This document shows positions 32,776 to 42,127 of a DNA stretch of 64,000 nucleotides, in pieces. Each line of letters starts with the position of its first letter. Position 1 is the first letter of the stretch. The DNA lies in NCBI GenBank assembly GCA_963765205.1, contig CAVXVB010000009.1, forward strand, positions 928,001 to 992,000. The letters run 5' to 3'. The stretch is from an uncultured Verrucomicrobiae bacterium. Its GTDB lineage: Bacteria; Verrucomicrobiota; Verrucomicrobiia; Opitutales; JABDGR01. The translations under genes and the position numbers were made by a program. The notes beneath the pieces were generated by a model. The model saw nothing but the letters and a program-made list of their open reading frames with translations, made no database searches and was not told where the DNA came from.

Positions 32776-33729
32776 ATGAAAACAAGCAACTATCACCCGG
32801 AGTTAGAACGCACGCCCCTTGTGGGGGATTTGCTGCCCAAGGCTTGCGCTGATGAGACGGCAGCGGTCGAGCTAATGGAGGCGCAACGCTGGGGCGCAAC
32901 CCCACGCTGCCCGCATTGCGAGGACAAGAACGTCTATAAGATGACGAACCGTGACGGCACGCGCAACCGCCGCTATCTGTGGCGCTGCCGGGCTTGCGGC
33001 GAGCAATACACCGTTCGCATCGGCTCTGTTTATGAGGATTCCCGCCTGCCCCTGAAACACTGGTGCTTTGCCTTCTGGCGTATCTGTGCGTCAAAGAAGG
33101 GCGTCAGCGCCCGCGAGATTCAACGGCATTGCCAGATTAGCTATAAGTCCGCCCTTTTCCTCATGCACCGCATACGGTTCGCCATGACGCCGGAATCCGC
33201 GCCCTTGCTAAAGGGCAAAGTCGAGTGCGACGAAACCTACATCGGCGGCAGGCCCCGCGCTGGCACTGGTTATCACAAGCGCGGGCGCGGCACAAGCAAG
33301 ACCCCGGTGTTTGCCATGGTTGAACGCGACGGCAACATTCACCGCCGGGTTGTGGCCGACGTGACGGGGCGCACGCTCAAAAGCGCAATCCGCCAGTGTG
33401 TCGAGCAGAAGTCCAAGATTATCACGGATGAATTTCCGAGCTATCGCGGCATCGGCAAGAGCTTCACAGGCGGACACGCCACGGTAAACCACGGTGAGGG
33501 TGAATATGTCCGGGGCGATGCCAACACCAACACGGCGGAATCCTCGTTCGCTATTTTGAAGCGTGGCATTACGGGCATCTACCATGCCGTCAGCAAAGAG
33601 CATCTTCACCGCTATGTTTCCGAGTTTGATTTCCGCTGGAATACGCGCAAGATGAGTGACGGCCAACGCACCGCCCTTGCGATGCAGAGCGCGGAAGGCA
33701 AGCGGCTAACTTACGAAAGGGTGGCATAA
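32776..33729 (+). CDS. IS1595-family (ISXO2-like DDE) transposase
   Basis: Zn ribbon CPHC...CRAC, KKGVSAREI, VECDETYIGG, ITDE..SY, VNH...EYV.GDANTNTAES, HLHRYVSEFDFRWN. Confidence 0.95.
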   Translation: MKTSNYHPELERTPLVGDLLPKACADETAAVELMEAQRWGATPRCPHCEDKNVYKMTNRDGTRNRRYLWRCRACGEQYTVRIGSVYEDSRLPLKHWCFAFWRICASKKGVSAREIQRHCQISYKSALFLMHRIRFAMTPESAPLLKGKVECDETYIGGRPRAGTGYHKRGRGTSKTPVFAMVERDGNIHRRVVADVTGRTLKSAIRQCVEQKSKIITDEFPSYRGIGKSFTGGHATVNHGEGEYVRGDANTNTAESSFAILKRGITGIYHAVSKEHLHRYVSEFDFRWNTRKMSDGQRTALAMQSAEGKRLTYERVA

Positions 33730-33832
33730 ATGACCCCGGAAATTCACGATGAAATCCGGCAACTTTGGACAGGTCTAATCCTTAACGGGTTCGTCAATCT
33801 CCTGCTTTGGGTTTGGATAAGCCGATTGATGA

Positions 33833-34240
33833 CTAAGATGCGTGCATTGCAATCTGCCATAACAGCACCGCGGGGGCAACGATAGCCGCAATCCATTTAA
33901 TTGCCCTTTCCAATGTCCAAACATTATCAGCCTTTATCTTTTCCGCAGCAGCGAATTTTTCCGTCTGAATTTGCCGCTTCATTTCCAACAAAGCTATATA
34001 TCCCCTTTCACTCGGCCAACCATGAAAATCCTTCATGTCTTGGGTTAAGTTACCATCAATCAAATGATGCACTTTCATAAAGTTCACGGCGGGGTCAATT
34101 TGCTCGCCTTTCAGACTATATTTCTCCATCACTTCACCCAAAATCACACTTAACAACTTACGCTTTAGCTTATCCGGTTCGCGGTATCCTTCGGCCTCTA
34201 ACGCCTCAAGAATCCTAAATGCAATTTCGTCGGTTTCCAT
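33833..34240 (-). CDS. Hypothetical passenger protein with C-terminal transmembrane helix
   Basis: AT-richer ORF METDEIAF...WIAAIVAPAVLLWQIAM. Confidence 0.55.
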   Translation of the reverse strand: METDEIAFRILEALEAEGYREPDKLKRKLLSVILGEVMEKYSLKGEQIDPAVNFMKVHHLIDGNLTQDMKDFHGWPSERGYIALLEMKRQIQTEKFAAAEKIKADNVWTLERAIKWIAAIVAPAVLLWQIAMHAS

Positions 34241-34253
34241 GCGCCAATTCTTT

Positions 34254-34430
34254 ATGAAAAACCCGCCATCTTCCACAACCCCTAAAACCGCGCCGCAAAC
34301 GGTTCATAAGCTATCGTCCGGGCCTAAGCCGGAGACGATGAAGCTCAATATGCCTTGGCAACAGGCCATCAAACAGTCTTTCGACAAGCCCAGACCGCCT
34401 GGAGGCTGGCCGAAACCCCCCAGCAATTAA
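34254..34430 (+). CDS. Small basic Pro-rich ORF at the IS right end
   Basis: ...GPKPETMKLNMPWQQAIKQSFDKPRPPGGWPKP; part of track ORF 34239..34430. Confidence 0.4.
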   Translation: MKNPPSSTTPKTAPQTVHKLSSGPKPETMKLNMPWQQAIKQSFDKPRPPGGWPKPPSN

Positions 34431-34867
34431 CCCCTTAATTCCGGGCCATTCAGGCCCTTTCCGCTCAATTCCACCCATTTGCGTTATCTACATACTTCCG
34501 AAATTAGAAATGTTCAAAGAAACCAAAGCTGCTGACTTGCTAAATGCTTACGCTGATGCAGCGAATAAGCATGGCCTTGCTTCGACAAAGGGCGACTACA
34601 GTAATGAATTCACGCTCCAGCCAATAAGCTCTAATCCAGTGCCCGAGAAATAGGGGCTAACCCAGATTACCCACTTCGCCTTGACGCTCTGGATACGAAG
34701 AGCCTGGCCAATGGCCTGGTGACTAGATGCCCTTGGAATTTTCTTTGCGCCCTTCGCTTCTTTGCGGTGAATCGCTTTCCTCCGGCTGGCGCGCAAAATG
34801 CTTGCCCATCGGCTCCTGGCGAAAGAGATTGCGTGCGCCGCCGCCTTCGCTATAAAAAATCCCTCCC

Positions 34868-35941
34868 ATGCCCGCCACCATTGACCAAATCTCCCAAAGC
34901 CTTGGCGACAAGGCCGACTTTTTCCTCAACCACCAGTGCAAGACCATTGCCAAGGAACGGCTGCACCTGCCCGGCGGAGATGTCGTGGACCGCATTTTCG
35001 GCCCGACGAACCGCAACAACCGCGTCCTGAATAATTTTGACTGGCTGGTCAACACCGGCCGGCTCGCGGGCACGGGCTATTTGTCCATCCTGCCGGTGGA
35101 CCAGGGCATCGAGCACTCCGGCGGCGCAAGCTTTGCCAAGAACCCGGACTATTTTGACAGCGAGAACATCGTCAAGCTCGCCATCGAAGGCGGATGCAAC
35201 GCCGTGGCCTCGACCTTCGGCGTGCTGGCCTCGTGCGCGCGCAAATACGCGCACAAAATCCCCTTCCTCGTCAAGATCAACCACAACCAGATCCTCACCT
35301 ATCCGAACACCTACGACCAGGTGATGTATGGCACGGTGAAGGAAGCCTACGAGATGGGCGCGGCGGCGGTCGGCGCGACGATTTATTTCGGGTCGCCCGA
35401 GTCGAACCGCCAGATCGTCGAAGTGGCGCACGCCTTTGCCGAGGCGCATGCCTATGGCCTCGTCACCGTGCTGTGGTGCTACCTGCGCAACCCGGCCTTC
35501 AAAAAGGACAAGGACTACCACGTCTCCGCAGATTTGACCGGGCAGGCCAACCACCTGGGCGTCACCATCCAGGCGGACATCATCAAGCAGAAGCTGCCGG
35601 AAAACAACGGCGGCTACCTCGCGCTGCAAATGGGCGACTCGAGCTACGGCAAAATTGACAAGCGCGTTTACACCGAGTTGACCACCGACCACCCGATTGA
35701 CCTGTGCCGCTACCAGGTGGCGAATTGCTACATGGGCCGCGCGGGCCTCATCAATTCCGGCGGCGCCTCGGGCGCCCATGACTTCGCCGAAGCCGTCACC
35801 ACGGCCGTGATCAACAAACGCGCGGGCGGGATGGGCCTGATTTCCGGCCGCAAAGCCTTCCAGCGGCCGATGGCGGAAGGCGTGAAGTTGCTGAATGCCA
35901 TTCAGGATGTTTATCTGTGCAAGGAAGTGACGGTGGCGTAG
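34868..35941 (+). CDS. fbaB: Class I fructose-bisphosphate aldolase
   Basis: [36 protein letters not shown]. Confidence 0.96.
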   Translation: MPATIDQISQSLGDKADFFLNHQCKTIAKERLHLPGGDVVDRIFGPTNRNNRVLNNFDWLVNTGRLAGTGYLSILPVDQGIEHSGGASFAKNPDYFDSENIVKLAIEGGCNAVASTFGVLASCARKYAHKIPFLVKINHNQILTYPNTYDQVMYGTVKEAYEMGAAAVGATIYFGSPESNRQIVEVAHAFAEAHAYGLVTVLWCYLRNPAFKKDKDYHVSADLTGQANHLGVTIQADIIKQKLPENNGGYLALQMGDSSYGKIDKRVYTELTTDHPIDLCRYQVANCYMGRAGLINSGGASGAHDFAEAVTTAVINKRAGGMGLISGRKAFQRPMAEGVKLLNAIQDVYLCKEVTVA

Positions 35942-35946
35942 GGTCG

Positions 35947-36080
35947 GATTGCTGAATGCTGAATTCTGATTGCTGAATTCCGGCGGGCGGGCGCGACGGA
36001 ATTTTTCCGGCGCGGTTGCCAACCTGAAGCGGCCATCCGCCATTCGACATTCAGAAATCAGCATTCAGAAATCAGAAATT
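35947..36080. repeat. Inverted heptamer repeat pair
   Basis: gattgct-gaatgct-gaattct-gattgct-gaatt ... acattca-gaaatca-gcattca-gaaatca-gaaatt; the two arms are mutually complementary. Confidence 0.8.
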
Positions 36081-36082
36081 TC

Positions 36083-36676
36083 ATGTCCATCGTCCTCCCT
36101 CCCCCCGGCTCGTTTGCCGGCTATATCTTCGACTGCGACGGCACGCTGGCGGCTTCCATGCACCTGCATTACCGCGCCTGGAAAAAGGCCTTGGCCGACC
36201 ATGGCGCGAAAATTGACTTCACCTGGGACCTCTTCATTTCGCACGCGGGGCGCGGCACGGAGCAATTTGTTGGCCTGCTGAACACGCAGCACGGCGAGCG
36301 TCTGCACGCGGCGCAAGTCGCGCGCGCGCAGGACGCCGTCCTCGCGGAAATCCACCACACGGTCGAAGCCGTGCCCGAGGTGCTCGCCTTCGCGAAAAAA
36401 ATCAAGGCAGACGGACGGCACCTCGCCGTCGCCTCCGGCGGCACGCGCGACGCGGTGAACCGCACGCTGCATTACATCGGCGCGAGCCATCTGTTCGAGG
36501 TCGTGGTGACGATTGACGATGTCCTGCACGGCAAGCCGGCGCCCGACACGTTTCTGGAAGCCGCGCACCAGCTCGGCGTCGAGCCGGGTGAGTGCGTCGT
36601 GCTCGGCGACAGCGTGCTGGATGTCGAAGGGGCGAAAGCCGCCGGCATGGCCTGGGTGAAGCTGGAGCCGCGGTGA
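36083..36676 (+). CDS. HAD-family phosphatase (YqaB/beta-PGM-like)
   Basis: FDCDGTL, VASGG, GKPAPDTFL, GDS..DVEGAKAAGM. Confidence 0.9.
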   Translation: MSIVLPPPGSFAGYIFDCDGTLAASMHLHYRAWKKALADHGAKIDFTWDLFISHAGRGTEQFVGLLNTQHGERLHAAQVARAQDAVLAEIHHTVEAVPEVLAFAKKIKADGRHLAVASGGTRDAVNRTLHYIGASHLFEVVVTIDDVLHGKPAPDTFLEAAHQLGVEPGECVVLGDSVLDVEGAKAAGMAWVKLEPR

Positions 36677-36713
36677 GCACCGCGTAATCAACCCAATTTC
36701 TGCAGACTGATTT

Positions 36714-36846
36714 ACCACGGATTACACAGATAGCACGGATGTAAGAACTTGAGTGACTATTCCTGCAAAAATCCCTTAACCCGGTGGGTAAGTAATCAAA
36801 ACTCCCCATCCTTTTGGTTATCTGTGCTATCCGTTCAATCCGTGGT
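36714..36846. repeat. 27-bp imperfect inverted repeat (9-mer periodic, MITE/REP-like)
   Basis: accacggattacacagatagcacggat (36714-36740) versus atctgtgctatccgttcaatccgtggt (36820-36846), 23/27 complementary. Confidence 0.75.
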
Positions 36847-36944
36847 TTCGATTCCAGTTTTTTGGATTAAAGTTGTCGTTTGACCTTGGTTCTCACGCAA
36901 TTTTCCGGTTCGACACTTACCGTTTTTTGCCCTAGCCTGCCCCC

Positions 36945-37181
36945 ATGTCCGCCACCCTCGATACGCTGGCCCACGACGCCCTCGTGCTGCCGCCGGATCA
37001 ACGCGTCGCACTGGCTTATCGTCTGCTGGTCAGCGTCGAACCTGACCCTGAACCCGGCGCGGACGAGGCATGGGCGGTCGAGATTGCCCGCCGCATCGAG
37101 CGCTTTGACGCAGGGGAATCACATCCAGTGCCGGCGGCGGAAGTTTTCGCCCGTCTGCGCCAAATTGCACCTGACCGATGA
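36945..37181 (+). CDS. Putative addiction-module antitoxin
   Basis: AL.LP..QR..LA..LL.S...AW..EI.RR......G...VPAAEVF pattern; ATGA overlap with the toxin gene. Confidence 0.85.
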   Translation: MSATLDTLAHDALVLPPDQRVALAYRLLVSVEPDPEPGADEAWAVEIARRIERFDAGESHPVPAAEVFARLRQIAPDR

Positions 37182-37477
37182 GTGCGGGATTGGAGTTCCT
37201 GCCGGAGGCATCCGAAGAAGTCGAGGAGGCCACGAGATACTATGAGCAGCGCGTTCCAGGCTTGGGTATCCGCTTCCGGTCGGAGGTCGAGACCGTTTGT
37301 GCAGCCATTGTCCGGCAGCCACTACACTGGCGGAAGCGTCCCGGCGGCTTTACCCGTGTCAACCTTCCGGGATTTCCTTTCTACATCGCGTATTTCATTC
37401 GTAACGAGCGTATCCTGATCGCCGCCGTCGCTCATGCCAGCCGCCATCCAGACTATTGGAAACAGCGCGAATCCTGA
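37178..37477 (+). CDS. RelE/ParE-family toxin
   Basis: F.PEA.EE..EA..YYE....GLG..F...FPF.I.Y.......I.AVAH.SR.P.YW. Confidence 0.88.
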   Translation: MSAGLEFLPEASEEVEEATRYYEQRVPGLGIRFRSEVETVCAAIVRQPLHWRKRPGGFTRVNLPGFPFYIAYFIRNERILIAAVAHASRHPDYWKQRES

Positions 37478-37485
37478 AACCAATT

Positions 37486-37557
37486 GGCGACAGCGTGCTC
37501 GACATCGAAGACGCGAAAGCCACCGCCATGGCCTGGGTGAAACTGGAGCCGCGGTGA
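37486..37557 (+). repeat. Diverged direct repeat of the last 72 bp of the HAD gene (36605-36676)
   Basis: 64/72 identical; encodes GDSVLDIEDAKATAMAWVKLEPR* versus GDSVLDVEGAKAAGMAWVKLEPR*. Confidence 0.92.
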
Positions 37558-37619
37558 AGTGAAATGGTGTTGTCAAACTGTTGGTTTTGGGGTTGTTTAA
37601 GCGCAATCTTCTATCCGCC

Positions 37620-39194
37620 ATGAAAACCCCTTCTTCGCCCCGAATCCTGTTTGCTTCCTTTTTCGTCGCCGGCGCGGTCTTGTGCGCCACCCCGCTGCAC
37701 GCCGACGTCAAGCTTGCCAGCCCGTTCACCAGCCACATGGTCTTGCAGCGGGACATGAAGGTGCCCGTCTGGGGCACGGCGGACGTGGGCGAGGACGTGA
37801 CGATCGAATTTGCCGATCAGAAGAAAATGACCAAGGCCGGCAATGATGGCAAATGGCGCGTGGACCTGGACCCGCTGGCGGTATCGGTCGATGGGAAAAC
37901 CATGACCGTCAGCGGCTCGAAAACCGACCAGCCGCTCAAGCTCGATGACGTGTTGGTGGGCGAAGTGTGGGTCGCTTCCGGCCAGTCCAACATGGTATTT
38001 CCGATGCAAGCCAGCGGCCCGTATCGCGGTGTGCTGAACCAAGAGGGGGAAATCGCCGACGCCAATTACCCGCAGATTCGCATGTTCACCGGCCACGACA
38101 CCAAAGCTTATGAACCGCAAGCTTCGGTGCCGAATGATTCCTGGGTGGTCTGCTCCCCCGACACCGTGGGGAATTTCTCCGCCGTGGGGTATTTGTTTGC
38201 GCGCGATTTATACAAGCAATTGAAGGTGCCGGTGGGTGTGCTGACCCTGGCGAGCGGGGCAAGCACCGCCGAGGCGTGGATTTCCCGCGAGGCGATGGCT
38301 GGCGACGCGCAAATCAAGCCCTTGCTGGATGCGCTGGATGCCGCCTACACTTATTTCCACGCCGACCCCGCCAGCCGCCCAGCCAATGCGCCGATCCGCC
38401 CGACGCCCATCAACAAACCCCGCGGCGCCCCCGCGACGGGCGACCCGGTGCGCGACCAGCACATGCCCACGGTGCTGTTTAACGCGATGATCGCCCCGGT
38501 GATCCCCTATGCGATGCGTGGCGCGATTTGGTATCAGGGCGAGTCCATCGTCGGCGGCACGCCCGGACTCAACCTATACGGGCACGTTCTAAAGGTGTTG
38601 ATCACGGATTGGCGCGCGCGCTGGGGCGAGGATGATTTTCCGTTCTATGTCGTGCAGTTGCCCGGCCAGAAGAACATCAGCAACAACCCGCTGATCCGCG
38701 AACAGCAGCAGACGGTGCTCGCGCTGCCCAACACCGGGCTGGCCGTGACCATTGACCTCGGCGACCCCACCAATGTGCATCCGCAAAACAAGGCGCCGCT
38801 GGGCTACCGCCTGATGTGCATCGCCCTGGCCAACGCTTACGGCCAAAAGATCGAATACTCGGGGCCGCTGTATCAATCCATCGAAGTGAAAGGCGCCAAC
38901 ATCGTCGTCCACTTCACGCACCTCGGCGGCGGCCTGCTGGCCAAGGGCGGCCCGCTCAAAGGCTTCCAGGTCGCCGGCACGGACCAAAAATTTGCGGACG
39001 CCTCCGCTCAGATTGACGGCAACACGCTCATCGTCGGCAGCCCGGATGTGCCCGCCCCCGTCGCCGTGCGCTATGGCTGGGACGATTATCCCGAAGGCCT
39101 GGGCTGCAATCTTTACAACAGCTACGACTTCCCCGCCGCCCCCTTCCGCTCGGATACTTGGGATTACCCGATCGCGGGGATTGTGGAGAAGTGA
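37620..39194 (+). CDS. Sialate O-acetylesterase family (SGNH) protein, secreted
   Basis: Signal peptide; HMVLQR, GEVWVASGQSNM, WYQGES, VHPQNK, VAVRYGW, PAAPFRSD. Confidence 0.9.
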   Translation: MKTPSSPRILFASFFVAGAVLCATPLHADVKLASPFTSHMVLQRDMKVPVWGTADVGEDVTIEFADQKKMTKAGNDGKWRVDLDPLAVSVDGKTMTVSGSKTDQPLKLDDVLVGEVWVASGQSNMVFPMQASGPYRGVLNQEGEIADANYPQIRMFTGHDTKAYEPQASVPNDSWVVCSPDTVGNFSAVGYLFARDLYKQLKVPVGVLTLASGASTAEAWISREAMAGDAQIKPLLDALDAAYTYFHADPASRPANAPIRPTPINKPRGAPATGDPVRDQHMPTVLFNAMIAPVIPYAMRGAIWYQGESIVGGTPGLNLYGHVLKVLITDWRARWGEDDFPFYVVQLPGQKNISNNPLIREQQQTVLALPNTGLAVTIDLGDPTNVHPQNKAPLGYRLMCIALANAYGQKIEYSGPLYQSIEVKGANIVVHFTHLGGGLLAKGGPLKGFQVAGTDQKFADASAQIDGNTLIVGSPDVPAPVAVRYGWDDYPEGLGCNLYNSYDFPAAPFRSDTWDYPIAGIVEK

Positions 39195-39210
39195 AATTGA
39201 GACTGACTAA

Positions 39211-40092
39211 GAGCTTATCCGTAAATAAGGATTGCGTTGAGAAGGCGGCGGGATAAACTGCGGGGATGCCGCGACTATCCTCCTGGGAAATCTCTGATGA
39301 ATTCTGGGCCAAAGTCGAGCCTTTGGTTCCCGCGCGCGCCGGCCGGAAGGCGGGCGGGCGCTACCGTCGCGCCGCAGGCGCGGGCCGCAAGGCCCTCGCG
39401 CCTCGACGCATCTTCGAGGCGGTGGTTTACGTGCTGCGCACGGGTTGCCAGTGGAAAGCGCTGTCCAAGGCCCGGTATGGCAGCGCCAGTTCCGTGCACA
39501 AATACTTTCAGCAGTGGCACGCCGCCGGATTCTTCGAGGCGTTGTGGCGGGCCGGTCTGGCCGACTACGATGAATTGGAGGGCATCGCGTGGCGGTGGCA
39601 AAGCATCGATGGCTCCCTGGTCAAGGCCCCTCTGGCGCGCGAAGCGGTGGGAGCCAACCCCACCGACCGGGGAAAAAAATGGGAGCAAGCGCAGCGTGCT
39701 GGTGGACGCCCGTGGCGTCCCGCTGTCGCTCATCGTCGCCGGGGCCAATGAACACGACGTGACGCTGGTGCGCCGCACGTTGCGCCAGCGCCACGACCGG
39801 CGCACGGCCCATTTGTGTGCCGACAAGGGTTACTGGGGGAAACCGGGCCTGCGCACCATGCGCCAATACGGCTACCGTCCGCATGTGCCTGCCCGCGGAG
39901 CCAAACCAGCCCCGCGCCGATCCACCGGCCAAGCCCGTCGCTGGGTGGTGGAACGCACCGCTTCCTGGCTCAACCGCTACCGCAAACTCCTCGTGCGGTT
40001 TGAGAAAACCGCCGCCTCCCACGAAGCCTTGCTCTGTCTCGCCAGCGCGCTTATTGTTTACAGACGAACAACTTTTATTTACGGATAAGCTC
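39211..40092 (+). mobile_element. IS5-family insertion sequence (882 bp)
   Basis: 18-bp TIRs gagcttatccgtaaataa / ttatttacggataagctc; TAA duplicated at 39208-39210 and 40093-40095. Confidence 0.93.
39266..40088 (+). CDS. IS5-family transposase in two frames joined at GGGGAAAAAAATGG (~39668-39682)
   Basis: OrfA YVLRTGCQW, SIDG, NPTDRGK; OrfB GSKRSVLVDARGVP, ADKGY, RWVVER...W...R.L..R. OrfB is +1 relative to OrfA. Confidence 0.9.
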
Positions 40093-40102
40093 TAAAGACT
40101 AA

Positions 40103-40354
40103 CTACTTCGGTTTATTCTTAGTAGCAGCAGAACGGACTGCATCAATAACTTTATCAACGCCCACCGTAGTAAATGAAGCCGTGATGGGGCTTTCATCAT
40201 ACGGAGTTATCTGAATTAAGAAGCTATCAACTTTGTTCAAATGTGTGATAAAGGTTTGTGCATCGCTTTTGACAAACGCCGCTTCATGATCTGTAGATAA
40301 AGAAAAAACTTGGGTTTGCGCGCGGCGAACCTCTCTGCGGGTAAGCCGGACTGA
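40103..40354 (-). pseudogene. C-terminal gene fragment, resembling VasI/TagO-like proteins
   Basis: LSTDHEAAF...FITHL...IQITPYDESPITASFTTVG; the 5' part is replaced by the opposite-strand ATPase fragment. Confidence 0.45.
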
Positions 40355-40681
40355 CTCTATTACATTGCAACCGATGATCCCGAAATTAACATTTCCCGAG
40401 TCCGCAACCGGGTGATGGCCCAAGGTGGCCATTCGGTGCCTGAAGACAAAATTGTGAGTCGCTATAAACGCTCGCTCGACCTTTTGATGGGAGCCATCCG
40501 GCATACTGACCGCGCCTACATATTCGACAATTCTGTCCATAATCAGGCAGACACCTGGCTGGCCGAGATTACCGATGGGCGGGTCCTGGAAATGAAAACC
40601 GACCAGATGCCGGCGTGGTTCAAACGGGCGGTATGGGACAAGAAAACACCTTCCCCAGAACGACTGGGCGTGGAAGATTGA
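40355..40681 (+). pseudogene. C-terminal fragment of a zeta-toxin-like P-loop ATPase
   Basis: LYYIATDDPEINISRVRNRVMAQGGHSVPEDKIVSRY.RSL...YIFDNS; in-frame TGA immediately upstream, and no Walker A region. Confidence 0.7.
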
Positions 40682-40849
40682 GTGACCTACCGATCAAATC
40701 AACTCGTGGGGACACCGCTCCGTTCCGATTCGAGGTTTGATTTATATGTAAATTTAGCACATTTTTGGCTGTGCAAAGAAACTAACGGTGGTGAAAATGA
40801 GTCATACTCCCTGTTGATCATCGAAAACCGATCCTTGCGCCTTTGATTT

Positions 40850-42127
40850 ATGAATTCAGATGCCTCTGACCGCCCCAATCCCAGCCCAACTGCCGCCCCG
40901 CCCGCGGCCCCCACTCCTGTTTTGCCCACGAAAGCGAACACGCCTGAAGTAAAAGGCGGCTCGCGGGGTTGGGGGTGGTTGATTATCCTCCTTTGCGTCA
41001 TTCTCGGCGGGATGGCGGCTTATTTCTTTTTTGGGCAGTCGAGCGGCAGCCCGGCCAAAGCGGCCCCCGCCGCGAAAGGAGTGCCGGTGACGGTCATCGC
41101 CGCCAAGACCGGGGATATGCCGGTTTACCTTTACGGCCTGGGGTCGGTCACGGCGCTGAACACCGTCACGGTACAGGCGCGGGTGAGCGGCCAATTGGTG
41201 AAGGTGGCTTACCAGGAAGGGCAGGAAGTACATCAAGGCGATTTGTTGTGTGAAATTGACCCGCAGCCTTTTCAGGTGCAACTGACCCAGGATGAAGGCA
41301 TGTTGGACCGCGACCAGTCCCTGCTCGAAAACGCCCAGGTGGAGTTGGACCGCTATGTGCAGGCCAAAGAGGCCATCCCGCAGCAGACCATTGACACCCA
41401 AAAGGCGCTGGTTTTGCAGTATCAGGGAGATGTCAAAACCGATCAGGGGCAGGTGGACGCCGCCAAACTGAATCTGTCCTACTGTGAAATCACCGCGCCC
41501 ATCAATGGCCGCGTGGGCCTACGGTTGGTGGACGCGGGCAACCAGATCAGTGCCAACACCAGCCTGGTCGTCATCACGCAGTTGCAGCCGATCACGGTGA
41601 TTTTCAGCCTACCCGAGGACGACATCCCCGAGGTGCAGGCCAAATTACAGGCGAACCAGACTTTGACCACGGCGGCCTTCGACCACGCGCTGTCAAAAAA
41701 ACTGGCCGACGGCACTTTGCTGGCGTTGACCAACCAAGTTGATCCCACCTCCGGCACTTTCCAATTGAAGGCCGTTTTCCCGAATGAGAATGAATCGTTG
41801 TTTCCCAGCCAGTTTGTCAACGTGCGGCTGCTGCTGGATACGCAGGCCAACGTGGTGATCGTCCCCACGGCGGCCGTGCAAATCGGACCTCAAAACTCCT
41901 TTGTTTATGTGGTCAAGGCCGACAACACCATCGAGCAGCGCACGGTCAAGGAGGGCCACGTCGAAGGCGACCAGGAGGTCATCGCGAGCGGCCTGGCCGC
42001 CGGGGAGTTGGTGGTGACCAACGGCTTTGACAAGCTGGAACCGGGCGTCGCAGTGACCGTCTCGAAACCCGACGCCAAAGCCGGCGCCAAGCCTGCTGCA
42101 ACTTCCAACCCGACGCCCGGCGCATGA
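40850..42127 (+). CDS. mdtA: RND membrane fusion protein
   Basis: N-terminal [47 protein letters not shown]. Confidence 0.88.
   Translation: MNSDASDRPNPSPTAAPPAAPTPVLPTKANTPEVKGGSRGWGWLIILLCVILGGMAAYFFFGQSSGSPAKAAPAAKGVPVTVIAAKTGDMPVYLYGLGSVTALNTVTVQARVSGQLVKVAYQEGQEVHQGDLLCEIDPQPFQVQLTQDEGMLDRDQSLLENAQVELDRYVQAKEAIPQQTIDTQKALVLQYQGDVKTDQGQVDAAKLNLSYCEITAPINGRVGLRLVDAGNQISANTSLVVITQLQPITVIFSLPEDDIPEVQAKLQANQTLTTAAFDHALSKKLADGTLLALTNQVDPTSGTFQLKAVFPNENESLFPSQFVNVRLLLDTQANVVIVPTAAVQIGPQNSFVYVVKADNTIEQRTVKEGHVEGDQEVIASGLAAGELVVTNGFDKLEPGVAVTVSKPDAKAGAKPAATSNPTPGA

Larger units (their letters stand above)
32161..34500 (+). mobile_element. IS1595-family insertion sequence with passenger genes (2340 bp)
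   Basis: Perfect 28-bp TIRs cggaagtatgtagataacgcaaatgggt (32161-32188; reverse complement at 34473-34500); 8-bp target duplication aaattaga (32153-32160 and 34501-34508). Confidence 0.95.
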
